From assembly GCF_000143415.4 (NCBI RefSeq), contig NW_003314267.1, positions 574,817 to 638,816 of the forward strand: a stretch of 64,000 nucleotides of DNA. The letters run 5' to 3'. Positions within the stretch are counted from its first letter, which is position 1. Each line of letters opens with the position of its first letter. The position numbers and the translations under genes were made by a program. Of the stretch, positions 21,746 to 34,911 are shown piece by piece. The DNA is from Selaginella moellendorffii (taxonomy: Eukaryota; Plantae; Lycopodiophyta). The notes beneath the pieces are model-generated. The model did no database searches. It had not been told where the DNA came from and saw only the letters and a program-made list of their open reading frames with translations.

Positions 21746-22900
21746 AGATGCAAATGGTGAGGGTGATGAAGAGCATGAAGGAGGCGGCTGGGATCTGGAA
21801 TTGCCCCAGATGCCTATATTTTATTTCCATATTCTATGCACTCACAAAATTAAAATCTTATACATCTTTTTATAAATTTACTTATATGAATAAATATAAT
21901 TCTTAAAAATAATTGTGAAATATTTAATATTTATAGATAAAAATATATTTATATCAAAAAAACATTTTTAATTTTTTAATTTAACTTTATAATTTTAATT
22001 ATTTAAAGCCCATCAATTCTTTTTATATTATCAAATTGATAACACTATCACTACTAACATTAGCCCCTCCATGAAGGTTTATTCTTACCTTCACAAGATT
22101 TCCTGTATTATACAATATGAGATAAAAAAGAACTTTTAAAGAGGTTTATAGAAGATGACCATAAATTGTTATTCTTAGTTTAAATTAATTTTATGTTAAA
22201 ACCTTTTACTTGTTATAACTTTTAATATCTTTGAATGTGTAAAAACATTCTAATACTATATATTCCCCTGAAAATATATGTTCTTATGATTAACAACATA
22301 TTTATATATACTTATCATAATAAATATATAATTATGGATGATTATCATCTTTATGTTTGTGTTAATGAATAATAAAGTTATTGATGTTGCAAAAATAAAT
22401 ATTTATAAGATTTATTAAATTTGATACATTTATATCTTTATATTTTTTATAAAGATAAAACTACATTTTGAAAGAGTAAATTTTTTAATATAAATAAATT
22501 ACAAAAAATTATTTTATATATATATATATATAAAGAGAGAGAGAGACACAGACACACATTTACATTATTAGGTATTCATTTGGAGTAATTTTTCTTTAGA
22601 TATTACTATTTTAAAATTTTTTCACAAACATAATTTAATATATTGGGACATTTTTAAAAATTAATTTAGATATGCATTATTTTCTATTTTCAAATACAGC
22701 AAGAAATCTACATATGTAAGGTTTACACATGTAAATATAATTTTTATCATATTATTTAAATGTATGATTGGATATTTTTTAAGGTATAAACTTGCAGAAT
22801 ATTAACTGTAGTGGGCATTAAATGATAAAATACGTTTTAATGAAATAAAATTGGAAATTCATTTGCTTAGTTTTCCTCTAACAAAATTAGTAGAGGGACA

Positions 22901-25273
22901 TCAAGGATGACGCCACGCAGACGCCGTCAAGAGGCACAAGTCTTTCCACCCAAGCTTGAGCGTTCCATTGTCCTCCACCAGAGTGTATCCTTGCAAAGGA
23001 AACATCCCCAGCAACAGCGTCGCCTGTGTGGCTGCATTCCCAGCCAACGAAATCGGCCGAAACCCCGACTGCTTGAGCTGATCCCTCCACTGCTCAAACT
23101 TGACCTCTCCAGTCCGTGCAGGCCCGCCAACCGCCAGTATGTTCTTGATCTCGCAAGACAGCAGCTGCTGCTCCACCATATGCCGATCCGGACTATCCTC
23201 CGGAAAGCTCGCGCCAAGAGAATCAAACAGTGCCGAATAGTAGTGCAGCGCCTCCACGAACCGGTTGAGAAACGATCCCGCGTGGCTCAGATCTTGCTCC
23301 ACCATGGTCACCACCTTTGGCTCCAAAGACCCAAGTAGCTTCAAGGTCTTGGAATCTGACCCGGTCACGTCGTAGAGCGAGTGGTGCAGCCAGTGCACTG
23401 CGAGCGCGTCGCCCTGCCGGACCTTGAGTGTCGCAGCGTCGCAGTGGCCGATCTTGTCCGCCACCGCGAAGAACTCAAAGGGCAGGCCGAGCGAGCTCGC
23501 AAAGTCGGATAGCCTCTTGCCGGTTGCCTCGAGCGCCTCGGCCGAGGTGCCCAGTCCGGTGATCCGGACGTTCGGAGGGCCTCCCGGCCTGGAAGCCAAG
23601 ATGTGGAAGAGCGCCGGCCACTGCAATCCTTGCATGATATCAATGTCGACAATGTGGACGCTTTGCTCGCCCTCGAACGCCTCGAGGATGGCCTGGTTTG
23701 CGGTGAAGTGCGAGAACTTGACGAGAGGGCACATCCCGTTGAAAATCTGGAACGCGGCGGCGATGCTGTGGTTGTAGACGTGGTGAATCCCCGGGAGCGC
23801 GGAGCAAATGCCCAGGCACGAGTTTACCATCCGCGCCGCCATGGCCTCGGCGAAGTAGGCGGCGACGCGCTGGACGGAGCTCCCATATGGCGATGCCAGC
23901 TCCGTGAGCTGGGGCTGGATGAGGTTGGCCTCCTCGAAGTTGTCCGTGGAGATGGCCTCGGCGCACTGGAGAAGGAGCGCCAGGAGCTGCAAGCCGGCAT
24001 CGTCGCTCGTGCCGGCGATGGTGGCGGCACTCGTGGCGGTGGTGGTGGCGGTGGCGGCCCCGCCACCGCTGCCGGCTTGATCGTCTTTCCCCGATGGCTG
24101 GTCCTGCGACTCGGAGGATTTGTCTTTGGAAGAGTTTGTTGGAGAAGGGAGCTGCTGCTTTGCGTGATTCTTGTGCTGCTGCTGGNNNNNNNNNNNNNNN
24201 NNNNNNNNNNNNNNNNNNNNNNNNNNNNNNNNNNNNNNNNNNNNNNNNNNNNNNNNNNNNNNNNNNNNNNNNNNNNNNNNNNNNNATTTCTGGGATGATT
24301 CTAGTGATAACTTGAGACCATCGTGAGGAGGAGGAGGAGGAGCCTGCTGCTCGAATGACTTCCCTTCCATCGCCATTTCCTCCACGCGACTATTCCCACA
24401 GTCTTCCAGACGGTGGGGTACTGTTTCTGGATCCACTCTCGACCGCTTCAAGCTCGGCTGCTCCACAGCCGCGGCCGCGGGATTGACGGAGTGGCCATGA
24501 TGCTTGAGCTGGTTTTGCTGCTGCTGCTTGAGAGAGTGATGACCATGCAACATCTCGTGGTGGTGCCGCAAGCTGATGATCCTCGACTCGATAACCGGAG
24601 CTACGTGAGGATTGCACGGCGAGAGGTTTTCCAGCAGCGACTGCCATATGTGCTCGGCCGGCATGCTCGGAAAGCTGTGAGATATGTCACTCACCATCGT
24701 TTCCAGCCACACTGCAACAGTTCCCTCGTCCATGGACCTGATCTCGTTCATGGAAAATCCTCCTCCTCCAGCCGGCCCGGCCTTGGAATTCATGCTCGAA
24801 TCGAGCTCCATCGACGTGGGAAGTGTTCCCCACTGCTGCTGGCTGGAGTTTCTCCCATCGTTGTAGTGATCTTGTTGGAAGAGGAGACTATTATCTGGCG
24901 CGAACAATTGCGAGCTTGGCGAGCGGAAGAGATTGGCGGCGCTGCTCGACGACCAGCCGGATGGCCCGTGGAGTGATCCCCATAGGCCTGGTGACGCGCC
25001 CTGGAAGAATCCCGGGCTTGGAAGCTGCCATCCCAGAAGTGAAGGAGATGGCGGCAGCTCCATGGTGGACGAGGAGGAAGAAACCCGCGACTGGGAAGAT
25101 GACTTTGATGAGCTTAAAGTCGATGCTCCTGGCTCGTACGACGTCGTGTTCGTCGCTATAAGTGACAGTCCACCATCGCTGGGCGACTCGAAGGAAGAAA
25201 TACCAAAGCTTTGCGAGTTGTGGTGGAGCGTTTCAGTTGCGTGTTGGTGGATCTCGTCACGATCTCCTCCCAT
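22901..25273 (-). CDS. SCR: SCARECROW GRAS transcription factor (spans a 100-N gap in the Q-rich linker)
   Basis: Has [72 protein letters not shown] and [14 protein letters not shown]. Also has the SCR N-terminal PCNP motif. Confidence 0.95.
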   Translation of the reverse strand: MGGDRDEIHQHATETLHHNSQSFGISSFESPSDGGLSLIATNTTSYEPGASTLSSSKSSSQSRVSSSSSTMELPPSPSLLGWQLPSPGFFQGASPGLWGSLHGPSGWSSSSAANLFRSPSSQLFAPDNSLLFQQDHYNDGRNSSQQQWGTLPTSMELDSSMNSKAGPAGGGGFSMNEIRSMDEGTVAVWLETMVSDISHSFPSMPAEHIWQSLLENLSPCNPHVAPVIESRIISLRHHHEMLHGHHSLKQQQQNQLKHHGHSVNPAAAAVEQPSLKRSRVDPETVPHRLEDCGNSRVEEMAMEGKSFEQQAPPPPPHDGLKLSLESSQKXXXXXXXXXXXXXXXXXXXXXXXXXXXXXXXXXXQQQHKNHAKQQLPSPTNSSKDKSSESQDQPSGKDDQAGSGGGAATATTTATSAATIAGTSDDAGLQLLALLLQCAEAISTDNFEEANLIQPQLTELASPYGSSVQRVAAYFAEAMAARMVNSCLGICSALPGIHHVYNHSIAAAFQIFNGMCPLVKFSHFTANQAILEAFEGEQSVHIVDIDIMQGLQWPALFHILASRPGGPPNVRITGLGTSAEALEATGKRLSDFASSLGLPFEFFAVADKIGHCDAATLKVRQGDALAVHWLHHSLYDVTGSDSKTLKLLGSLEPKVVTMVEQDLSHAGSFLNRFVEALHYYSALFDSLGASFPEDSPDRHMVEQQLLSCEIKNILAVGGPARTGEVKFEQWRDQLKQSGFRPISLAGNAATQATLLLGMFPLQGYTLVEDNGTLKLGWKDLCLLTASAWRHP

Positions 25274-28200
25274 TGCTCCTCATCTTGGTGATTGGGAGGA
25301 GGCCTCAGCGGCATTCTTCTGTTCATGGGAAAGACTAGGTGAGTAGCGTCCCAAGAAAAGAAAAAGAAGACAAGTGATAAGGGAGAACCATCTACAAATT
25401 CTAAAGCGTTTTCCAAGAGATTATAGGTAGAAAAACTTACGCGTTGCCTTCCGACGTGTGCGTGACAACTCGTTCACTGGGATCGACTGATTGATGACTT
25501 CTATGAAGGCTACAAAGCGATGCTACATAGATTGCTGCTGCTCACAGTGGAAGATAGCAAAGGAAAGAACAGCGCGTTTGTTTGCGCGATCCTTTCAAGC
25601 TATGCCACACACTAGACAGCGAAGAAAGGGAGCGAAGGGCGCGACAAGAGGACGACAAAACAAAAACCAGCCCTTGATTCATATTAATTCCAGCACTGTA
25701 CGGGATGCCAAAACTGTTGAAACGGTACGTGGTTTCTTGCCGTAATACACTACTGTTTTGCCTTTTGCTCTTGAATTTTTATAAACGAAAAAAGAGAGAG
25801 TGAAGAGTATTTCAACCTTCACTCGTTTCAATCCAAGGAAAAGATTTTCATATAGAAAAGCTATATGAATGGGCCAAGTTTTCCCCCCAGTTGATCGACA
25901 AGTTGCCAACTTTTTCTTGCTTCAAGCAATCCACATGGCGCGAAGAGGAGCGATGCAATTTTTTCTTTTGGCAACCACAAGGTCGGCAGCAATGGAAATG
26001 GTAAGCTGTGATTTCTTCGAAATAGTTTTTAAACCTGTCTTAATCAGTGGACACGCTTAGAATGCTCTTCCCCCTGACTCTAGTTTGATTAAAATACGAA
26101 TAGGTTTGAAACATTCGGGTCGGCTCCAAATACAAAACGGTAGCTCTCAAAATAAATAAGTTCTTTTTATATATACACATATATTTCAAAAATGAGCTTG
26201 AGAGGGACTTCCAGTAAATTGCAGGCCTTAGCAGTTGTCTCGAGTTTGGAGGCGGGTTCTCACTGGACAACTATCAAACAGCAAGTATTCTTAAGACTTC
26301 CTCTCCCACCTCCAAATATTTTTGTAAATTTTTATGTTCTGGGTGCATGATTACCACCACCAGGAGGAGAAATTTTTAAACATGGCACTCTATGCAAGCT
26401 TATGTGTGTTTTTTTTTTTTAAATGATAATAATAATGATGGTATATAAATTACTGTTTTTTCTATCTGGTGCCCTGCAAAGATCTGGGGCCCGAGATGAA
26501 CTCGCAATCCAGCAATAGGTTGGAATAAAGGACAGTGGCTACGCTTAGTTAAAAAGTTTTTAGAGCATTTATCTTAATTTATACAAGCGATGCTATTGTC
26601 TTTTGTATGACCCCGGTCATATGGAGACGGATTATCCTGCCATTTGTGATCACGACTGCTCTGGACACACTCGTAAATGCTATTAAGTGCTAAGTAACTC
26701 TCTTTGGATGGATTAAGTTAAGCCTGGATAACATTTGCTCTTCTCTTGTTTGGAGAGATCTGTCATATAGATGGGGCCACAAAATACGCTCTCCAAAACC
26801 AGAGAAAAATCTTGGGTGTTTCTCTTCCTTTTTGACAAGAAAAAAGGCACACAATTTTTAGCTCTTTTCTGTCCCTATTTTTTTCATGCATAGTGGAGTC
26901 GTGGTTGTGTCTGTACTGTAGTGACAAGCAAAGCACTTGACGCGGCAGCCCCTGGCTAGCCGCGTGAGAATACCGAGCAACACAACAAAGAATATAAGAA
27001 TAATAAAAAAAACCATGCAAAATTTTATATATATATCCGTATCACGGTTTCGTAAAAAGATAATCATTTACCTTCGAACTAAACAAAGCAAATACGAAAT
27101 CTATCTCATCCCTGCGCAGGGTTTTACTCCTCGTCTCTAGAAACCAGCACTAGATTCTCACATGAATCCCACGTCCTTGGCTGGTATATATCGATTCGCG
27201 ATGATACATGGAGCTTTCGTTTATGGGGAAGTGTGGTAAAATCCATCCATTTCGGTGGAGAAAGAGAAACGCGATGTAGACGTTGGATCCTCTCAAATCT
27301 ATTCACCCGGTCAGTGCAGGGTACGATGCATCTCGGCCGTTGGAGGCCCACAAGCAGCGGCTGGGATCATCCGGGCTGGAACTACGTGCATACTTTTTTC
27401 CTGTACTTTTTTATATATTCTAATTTTTATTTTTCTCAGAGAGACCATGAAAAGCAGTGCAGCCCAGGCTATAGCAGCAGAGCAGTCTTTCTCCGTTTCC
27501 TCTTGGTAAATGTTTCGCGATTTCTTTAGTTTCCGTGGCTCTTTGAATTTGATCCCTTGAGTAGTTTTATATCTCTGGTGCTGCGTACAAATGCCGTGGC
27601 TGGGCAATTCCGTGGTGGGGCTTAGATTTTGCGCTCAGTGTGCTGCAGCCAGCGAGAAAACGAGGGAATATAAACTGTGAATCTGGTGATGATGGTGCGG
27701 CTGCGCGTCCACCTTTTCTTATGTATAAATTTATCTATATACATGAGCGTGAGGACCAAGAGACAAACTTGTACGACTTCATACAAGTCATGCAGACTTT
27801 TTCTTTCGAAATTTAAGAATGCAAACTTTAGCAAGGGTCATTTTTATTTTGGAAAAGTTCTAGAGCTGACATTGGTTCGTCTTCTTTACAAAACCAACAT
27901 CCTTTGCGAGAGAAAGGCGCTTAACAGTCGTAAAGTTTCTTTCGAAAAGGTGGTGAAACATTTGACAAAGCAGTCAAGCGTCAAGTTTGCACAATGACTC
28001 TCCGGTGTCCATGCTCTCCACACGTCAAGCCGCTCGGCTTGGTGTGCGAGTCTCACGGCCTTCTTCATCCTTACTCTCATCTTGAAATTCCTCCAATCGC
28101 TTGCACCATCACTTGAATTCCCGTATGACATCTTGCTCCATGGAAGACAAGATGCATGGGAGCAAACTCTTGTTAATTCCTCAATCTAATAGTTTAAGCA

Positions 28201-30839
28201 TGTAGAAATCATTAGTGAGTGGTGTTAGCAATAGTGTTTTTTTTTAATTCATATAGATTAGAGGATGTACTTTTCTAATATTACTTATTTTCAACTAAAG
28301 AAATAATTTTTGGTTTGCTCAAGCAAACTTGTAAGGGGACTTGGTAGTGAATATATCTAGAATATGTTTGGATATTTTAGGATATTCTACCATTTAATGG
28401 TTGCTATTCATTTAGATTAATTTTGTATTTATAATTTATAAACTTTCTTAAACCCTTTCCAGTATATTATTTTTTATTTTATCATTTTAATCTTGTGTTT
28501 ATACATTACAAACGTGCTTATAATTATAAATTTTATTTGATCAGTTGGATAAATAAGTAAGAATAACACTGCTATTAAGCAAACCAAGTGTTGCTATGTG
28601 CAATGCATAGCAATTTATTTTGTGCTGGAAAACCATATTAACCTTGGAGTTTGGTTAGTGAAAGTAGGTAAATACTAGCTTGAGAATAATAAAGACTAAA
28701 TATCATTTTATCTTTTTAAATTTTTGAAATAAAATCTTTCAACCCAATGCTATGTGCAAAATGTTAAAATATAACTTTTAAGTATAAATATGGAAAATAA
28801 TGTTATAGTAACATATTGCAAAAATTTTGCATTTATCTACAAGAAAGGTTTCACTTATATATTTAAAAAAATAATTGGTAAATAGAAATGTAAAAACATT
28901 TAGAATAAAACTTTATCCAAGTTAATTTAAACTTTGAAGATTTGGGATAGGGTGAGTGCCTTGTCACAAATCCATTTGATTTTTATCCCTAATATTTATA
29001 ATTGAGAAAAAAAATCTCAAACCTAATTTGCTCTATATAATATTTTTATATTTCTAAAGGGACATAAATAACTAAAATTTCAATTTGAATAGTTTTAAGA
29101 CACTTCAAAACTGGAAATGCCACCTAACTTTATATTTTTTTTTTATAAATGGAAGTATAATTTATTATTAAATTATTTTTCTAAAAATAAATTCAATATT
29201 AGGATCTGATATTATTTATTAGGAATAAAGAAATTTTTTAGTTTGGTAAAAATTTAGCACATATATATTATCTTAAGATTAATTGAAATTAAAAAGATGA
29301 ATAATGAAACTTTATAATTTGATATAATATTCAATTTTATATAATACTTTATATAAAAATATATATATCCTGATACATTTTATTTAATATGTAGTCCTTG
29401 TGTTTTCTTAAAATATCCAGGTATTTTTAGGATATTCTTCAGTTTTACTTTAAACTTCTCTATTGTTTATTTGCATAGGATGGTAATGGATATACCTAGA
29501 AAATGCTTAGATATTCTTTGTTTGTTATTCATTTAGATTAATCTAGTATTTATATTTTATAAACATGTTTATAATTGATAAACTTCTCTAAACACTTTGT
29601 AGTATATTCTTGTTTATTCTACTATTTAATGGTTGATATGTAATTTTGATTTATAAACTATAAACATGTCTATAAATATTGATCAATTGGATTATTATTA
29701 TTAAGCTTTGTCACAGTTTTATAATCAGGTTTTAATGCTAATTTATATAAACCCTATTTAAGTTTAGAGTTTCTAATTTTCTTTGCCTCTTTGTCAGACT
29801 TTGCATGACCTCTAGACAATCTAAAAGCTTCATTTTTGACAAAACACCTTTAACTTCCTATATCTTTTCTACAAAAGGTTAGAGTTTTAAGAGTTTTAGT
29901 AATGCTGCACATTGTGTGACTATGATCCTATAAAAAAATTATTTTAGAGCTCCTTAACAAGATGCAAATGAGAAATGTCACATGTGCTGCTCTTGAAGCT
30001 TTTGGAGTGTTCTAGTAGCATAGAAAAACCAAGAAGAAAAAACTAGAGATATTTTGAGCATGGGGCAAATGATCCACTCTTAAAGCTATACAGAGTCTTA
30101 GAAAATTTCTTAAGCATCTCTTACACTTTACATTCATATACACTATAAGAAAGTTTGTCATGTCTGATTCCTATTGGTTGCTGCTTGTTAATGTCATTCC
30201 ATCCAAGGATTGTTCTTTCATTAGCTTGCCACTTACAATGAGTTTTCTCATACATTACAAGCAGATGGATTAGAGATGTAATAAAACTTGCTACCAGATG
30301 AAAAATCTACCATTTTAATTTGCCAAACCAAGCTTGTCATTTTGATTCTTGATGTAAACTTCAATAAATAAATCCTAAAAGAAATTGATTTATGTTATAC
30401 TATCAATTCTTTTATTGTATATTATATCTTGTGTGTAACAATCAGACTTTTTTTCACTCACTGGGGCAGCTAGAAATTTTATGTCTGCAAGCCACCTATA
30501 ATATGTTACATTGTTGATGGATTTGCATATGAAGGTAATTGATAAATGATAATTAATTAATTCAATTATTCATCAAAATATTTCTTTCTTTTAAATCCTA
30601 ATTAAATTAAATTAAGTTCCACTATTTTTTATTTTAATTAAAAGAAATATACAATCTCTAGTGTAATCATCATCAATGTCATCGTCAACGCTATTTCCTT
30701 CCCTAGCTTCCTGAAGTGTCACTCCACAGCTTGCCTTGATCCTTAATATTTCTCCAGTAAAACCGTTAGCAGTAAAAGGAGGCTTGGCTTGAGAAAGTCC
30801 AACAATGGTCACCTGCAGAGGCTCCTCACTTCTCACCAC

Positions 30840-31915
30840 CACCGAGCATCGTTGTGAAGAAGGCCACGGTGATGGATCATATTCAGGGCTCGAGCATCTT
30901 CTTCCCCGTATCGTCCAGCTGATGCAGCATCGAGAGCATGGAAATCGCGACGCTGGCCACCATAGCTCAGCACAAGCAAGCAAACATGTCACCATACATA
31001 AACCCATGGCTCCTCAGCTGTGGTATGGCACGGCCTTGGATACTCTGTAGCTTCATGTATGCCAAAATCTCCTTGACAAACCTTTTGAGCTCGTCCCTCA
31101 AGCAGCTCCGATGGCTCCCAAGGTCCCGGATCTTGAGCACCACTTCGTCGCCGTTGCGCACCTTAGCATGAGTATGTCACAGTTGAATTTGTAAAGCCTG
31201 CTCCCCAGCTCAAACTCTCCACTCGACCAAAATTTGAGTTCCTCATGGATTTGGTCCTCGGTGCTGCTACCATCTAGCGTCGTTGCAAGGTCTTTCACCA
31301 TGGCCTTCATCGCGTCTTTCATGCCTGTGAAATCAGTAACGCGGCCTACATTCCCCAAAGTTTCTGGGGGTTTTACCACCTTTTCCTCGGACAGAGCCAT
31401 GAGGTACCAGAAGCAAGCCAAGGTGACGCTCTCGGCCTCCACCGGCAGTGAGAGGTCTCGTCACCGTAGCAAAACCAGTACTTAGTCCTCCCGGATACGC
31501 GACGGTGGAAACGCTGGCAAAGTATCGAGCTCCACAATACCCACGAGCAGAGCCGGAGCATCATCCCTGTCTCGCCATTCCACGCAGATATCCGGCCAGC
31601 CCACCACGCTTTGAGCAGAGACTGCAGTGATGTTTCGCAAACCGTCCTGGAGGTCCATAGCCAAACCCGACACGTCCGATATGGGCTCCACGGTGATGTC
31701 GGGCTTGGAGTAGAAAGAGCCCGTGCTTGGCAGCTGCTTAGAAGTCTTGCACCTCGTCCAGGAAGCCATCCCAGGCTCCCAGCGCCCAGGAGGCTGACGC
31801 AAAATCCGTGTGGATGCTTTTCGAATTTCACTATCGTCCTCGTAGACCGGTGGCGGTATATAAACCTGGGCCAGCTCTGCGGCCGTTAGCTTACTGCTCC
31901 CGGCACCATCGATTG
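30840..31915 (-). pseudogene. Decayed atypical protein-kinase-like gene
   Basis: GC-richer island in AT-rich DNA. Reads EVVLK...EILAYMKLQSIQGRAIPQL.SHG, preceded by a PD...E(x) segment and TLACFWYL; has stops and frameshifts. Confidence 0.45.
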
Positions 31916-33659
31916 GGTTTAGGGTTTGGAATTTTATTTAACAAACTGTTTAAGCTGTTTTCTATATGTCTAAACGTCCACCTTAGTTATGTTTACAACT
32001 TGAGCATCAGCACGAGCTTCCACTTCGGCTAGTCGAGTTTGCTGTTCATTTTCTGTAGCAGATTCCAGGTTTCTTTTTCTTTTTCCCTTTTCTTCTCTTT
32101 GCCGGTGACGAGCTAAGTGCCTGGAGCTTTTCGATTCTTTTAACTACTGAGAGGTTTGTGGGAGAAGCACGTGTGGATGAAGCGGTCAATGTCTTCAATA
32201 CTTTCAGCAAACCATGGGAGGTGAGAAAACGAAAGAAGAAACTCTACTGTGCAGTTCAACCAAGCTGGGGATGCCTTGTACGCTCTAAAGTTTGATATCT
32301 ATGTTGAGGCATCCAGAACAAAGCGTCATGACAGGTATTTGTAGGTCTGGGGTTTTGGCATTTGTAGCTGTGTCCTTGCGAGTCAACCTGACCTTCTCGA
32401 CTACAGAAAAAGCAGTGCGCGAGCAACCAGTTATGATCCACTCGACATTGGACACAAACTTCTCAAGCTCATCCCCATTTTTGGTTTCTTTAATGTTCCA
32501 TAGAAAGATCGTTTCACTTCGATCATCAGGTGAGATGCTGGTTTCACAGAAAACTCCTCCTTTTCTACCTGGAAGACTTTGCTACTGTGATGCAAAGAAA
32601 AGTGCAAAACGAAATCACGCTTTCACCTTTGATCGTTCTCTTGGATAAGTGTGGGTGGCTTGAGCACGATATTACAAAAGTTCACATCTACTATGAAAGA
32701 AGCAGCTTTTTGGGTATGGAAAAAGAGTGAGTAGAAGTCCATGGAGAAAATAATTTGCTATACTGGTGTTTTATGAATTTATCTTACATTTATCATATAT
32801 CACTTGTAACACCATTAATTTCATTGACTGAAAACTCTACACCTTGATGGATTTTGCATTCTGGGTAAATTCTCTTCTCAAGAAACTAGCAGGTTTAAGT
32901 TGCTAGTGGAATTCACAATTTAAAAGGATTTTAAAAATGGAAAATTGGTCAAATATTATTGAAAACTTGTAGAATCTGGTAAGAAGCTAGCTGTGGAATA
33001 AAAATCTACGTGCTTAACTTAGAACTAATGAATTATCTATCCCTAAAAATGAGAGTTTATTAACGAAAAACTGTGTTACTTGCATTAACTTTCTAATCAT
33101 CCTCGTTGTTAGGATTCACCATTTTCTTAACCATACTGCAAATAGGCTAAATGTCTTTTTTCATTGATAACAATGTATTAGATGCATATATGAAAAAAGT
33201 ATTTTGAAAGTTTTAATCTTAGTTGCGTTGAGTTGCTAATTTTTTATGATCTTTTAGAATACTACATTGATCTTTATTGCTATATATTTTCTAACTTGAT
33301 CTTTTTTACATATTAAATGTTTATTTACTTAAATTACTTGTAAAAACTTAGTTTCAACATATTATAAATTCAAGATGATTATGAATTCTTAGTTTTTTTA
33401 GTGTGAATAGATTTACTGAACATATATTTATTAAGTCAATGGAATTATAAACATTCATCATAACTAAATTTAACAAGTAGTTAAAAATATAAAATTTAAT
33501 GCTATAAAAAATACAATATTAGGCCATAAAAGTAAGCACTTTTTTTTATTGAAAAAATTAATTTTTTTTTAAAATTTTGAATAACTATATATAATTTAGC
33601 ATATAAATTTTAAAAGTAAGCATATATTTGACAGAATTTCTTTTACTTTCTACTTTGAG

Positions 33660-34569
33660 CTAAAGTTCATCGTAGTGGAAAGCTCCAAGCTTCCACGCCA
33701 CAAATGCAGTCCCAAACATGAGAGCCGCAATAAGTGAGAAGGAGATGATGAGAACGATGGGACGAGTCCCCCTGATGAGCTCAAACTTGTACTCCTTGTC
33801 AGACTCGGAAGGCTTTGGATCGTCGAAGATGTCCGCCGGTGCTGCGTTCACCATCCTTGGCTGCTGCCGCCTCTCCTTCCACAGCGTGTCCAAGATCTCC
33901 TTCCTCGACGCTAGGATCCGCTCGTCAATGTCTCCCGTGCTCCTCTTTCGCGGGGGAGTCTGCAGGGGACTCTTGTCGAAGGGGCTGGAAATGGCTGGAG
34001 CTGGAAAAGCTTTCGACGCTTTTGTAGTCGATGGCTTGGCCACGGAGCTCGAAGTTGGAGCTGGGACCTTCTTGTCGCTGGAGACGGAACCTCCATTTTT
34101 TATGGAGAAAGGTGACGCGGGTGGGCTAGGAAATCGCTTGCTGTAATCCGAGGAGTCGAGCACCGAAGGTGGCGACGAGGAAGAGCTCGAGGTTGGTGTT
34201 GTTTTGGCAATCTCTCGCTGCTGCACCGCCTTTCCAGCTGCAAGCCTTGACGATATCTTCCCACCGGCAAACGGGCTCGAGATGGCGACCTTGGGAGAGA
34301 TTTCCTGTTCCTCTTCTACCCTGGCATTGCTACCTGTGCCCGGTTCCGTTGTCCCATCTGTGCTTCTACGAGCGAAACCGACCCTTCTCAACGACACTCT
34401 GGAGGGCGCTAACGTAGACGCTGAATCATGGGGAATTCGTCTATCCTGACTGAATTGGCAGCGAAAACTCTGAACCTGCAAAGCCAAGTCAAGAAAAGTT
34501 CAAACGAAGCCAAAGTAAGATCAAACATACGCTTGCTGCGAGTGAAGACTGTGCTGCGAGAGCCCCCAT
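33660..34569 (-). CDS. Probable plastid-targeted protein, S/P-rich with one C-terminal transmembrane helix (2 coding exons)
   Basis: ATG at 34569 (MGALAAQSSLAAS) and a GT-AG intron at 34530-34476. The open frame then runs to IVLIISFSLIAALMFGTAFVAWKLGAFHYDEL*. Confidence 0.75.
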
Positions 34570-34911
34570 TCCTCGAGGCTACTGCCTGAAACATAAGAAT
34601 GCGCTGAGAGTTAGTCTGGAAAACAAAGACGCCAAACGAATGCTGCCCACTAGAAATTTACCTCTGCTCTTCGCTCCCTTTTAAGACCCTACTCTGTACT
34701 CGTCAGCAAGCCAACTCGGAATATCTATAGCCACGTCAAACTCAGATCTTAAACTCAGATAGCATTTCTCCGTAGGCATAGAAATACAAACTCAGCGTTA
34801 ATATCTACAAGAAACCAGGAAGAGAACGTACGTGCTAGGTACCCCAAGACGAAGGCTAGTACCGGCCACACCAATCTTCCACCTAGGCAAGGGGCGTCAA
34901 TAAGAAAGATG

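Noticed and set aside
22907-25346. Many antisense and alternate-frame ORFs over SCR (likewise over the RLK, ferredoxin and 56.5-57.6 kb ORF)
   Set aside because: These are expected shadows of GC-rich coding sequence and have no motifs of their own.
28150-30650. AT-rich tract with a diverged internal duplication (~28340-28550 vs ~29480-29690) as a MITE or Helitron
   Set aside because: No termini or TSD could be identified.
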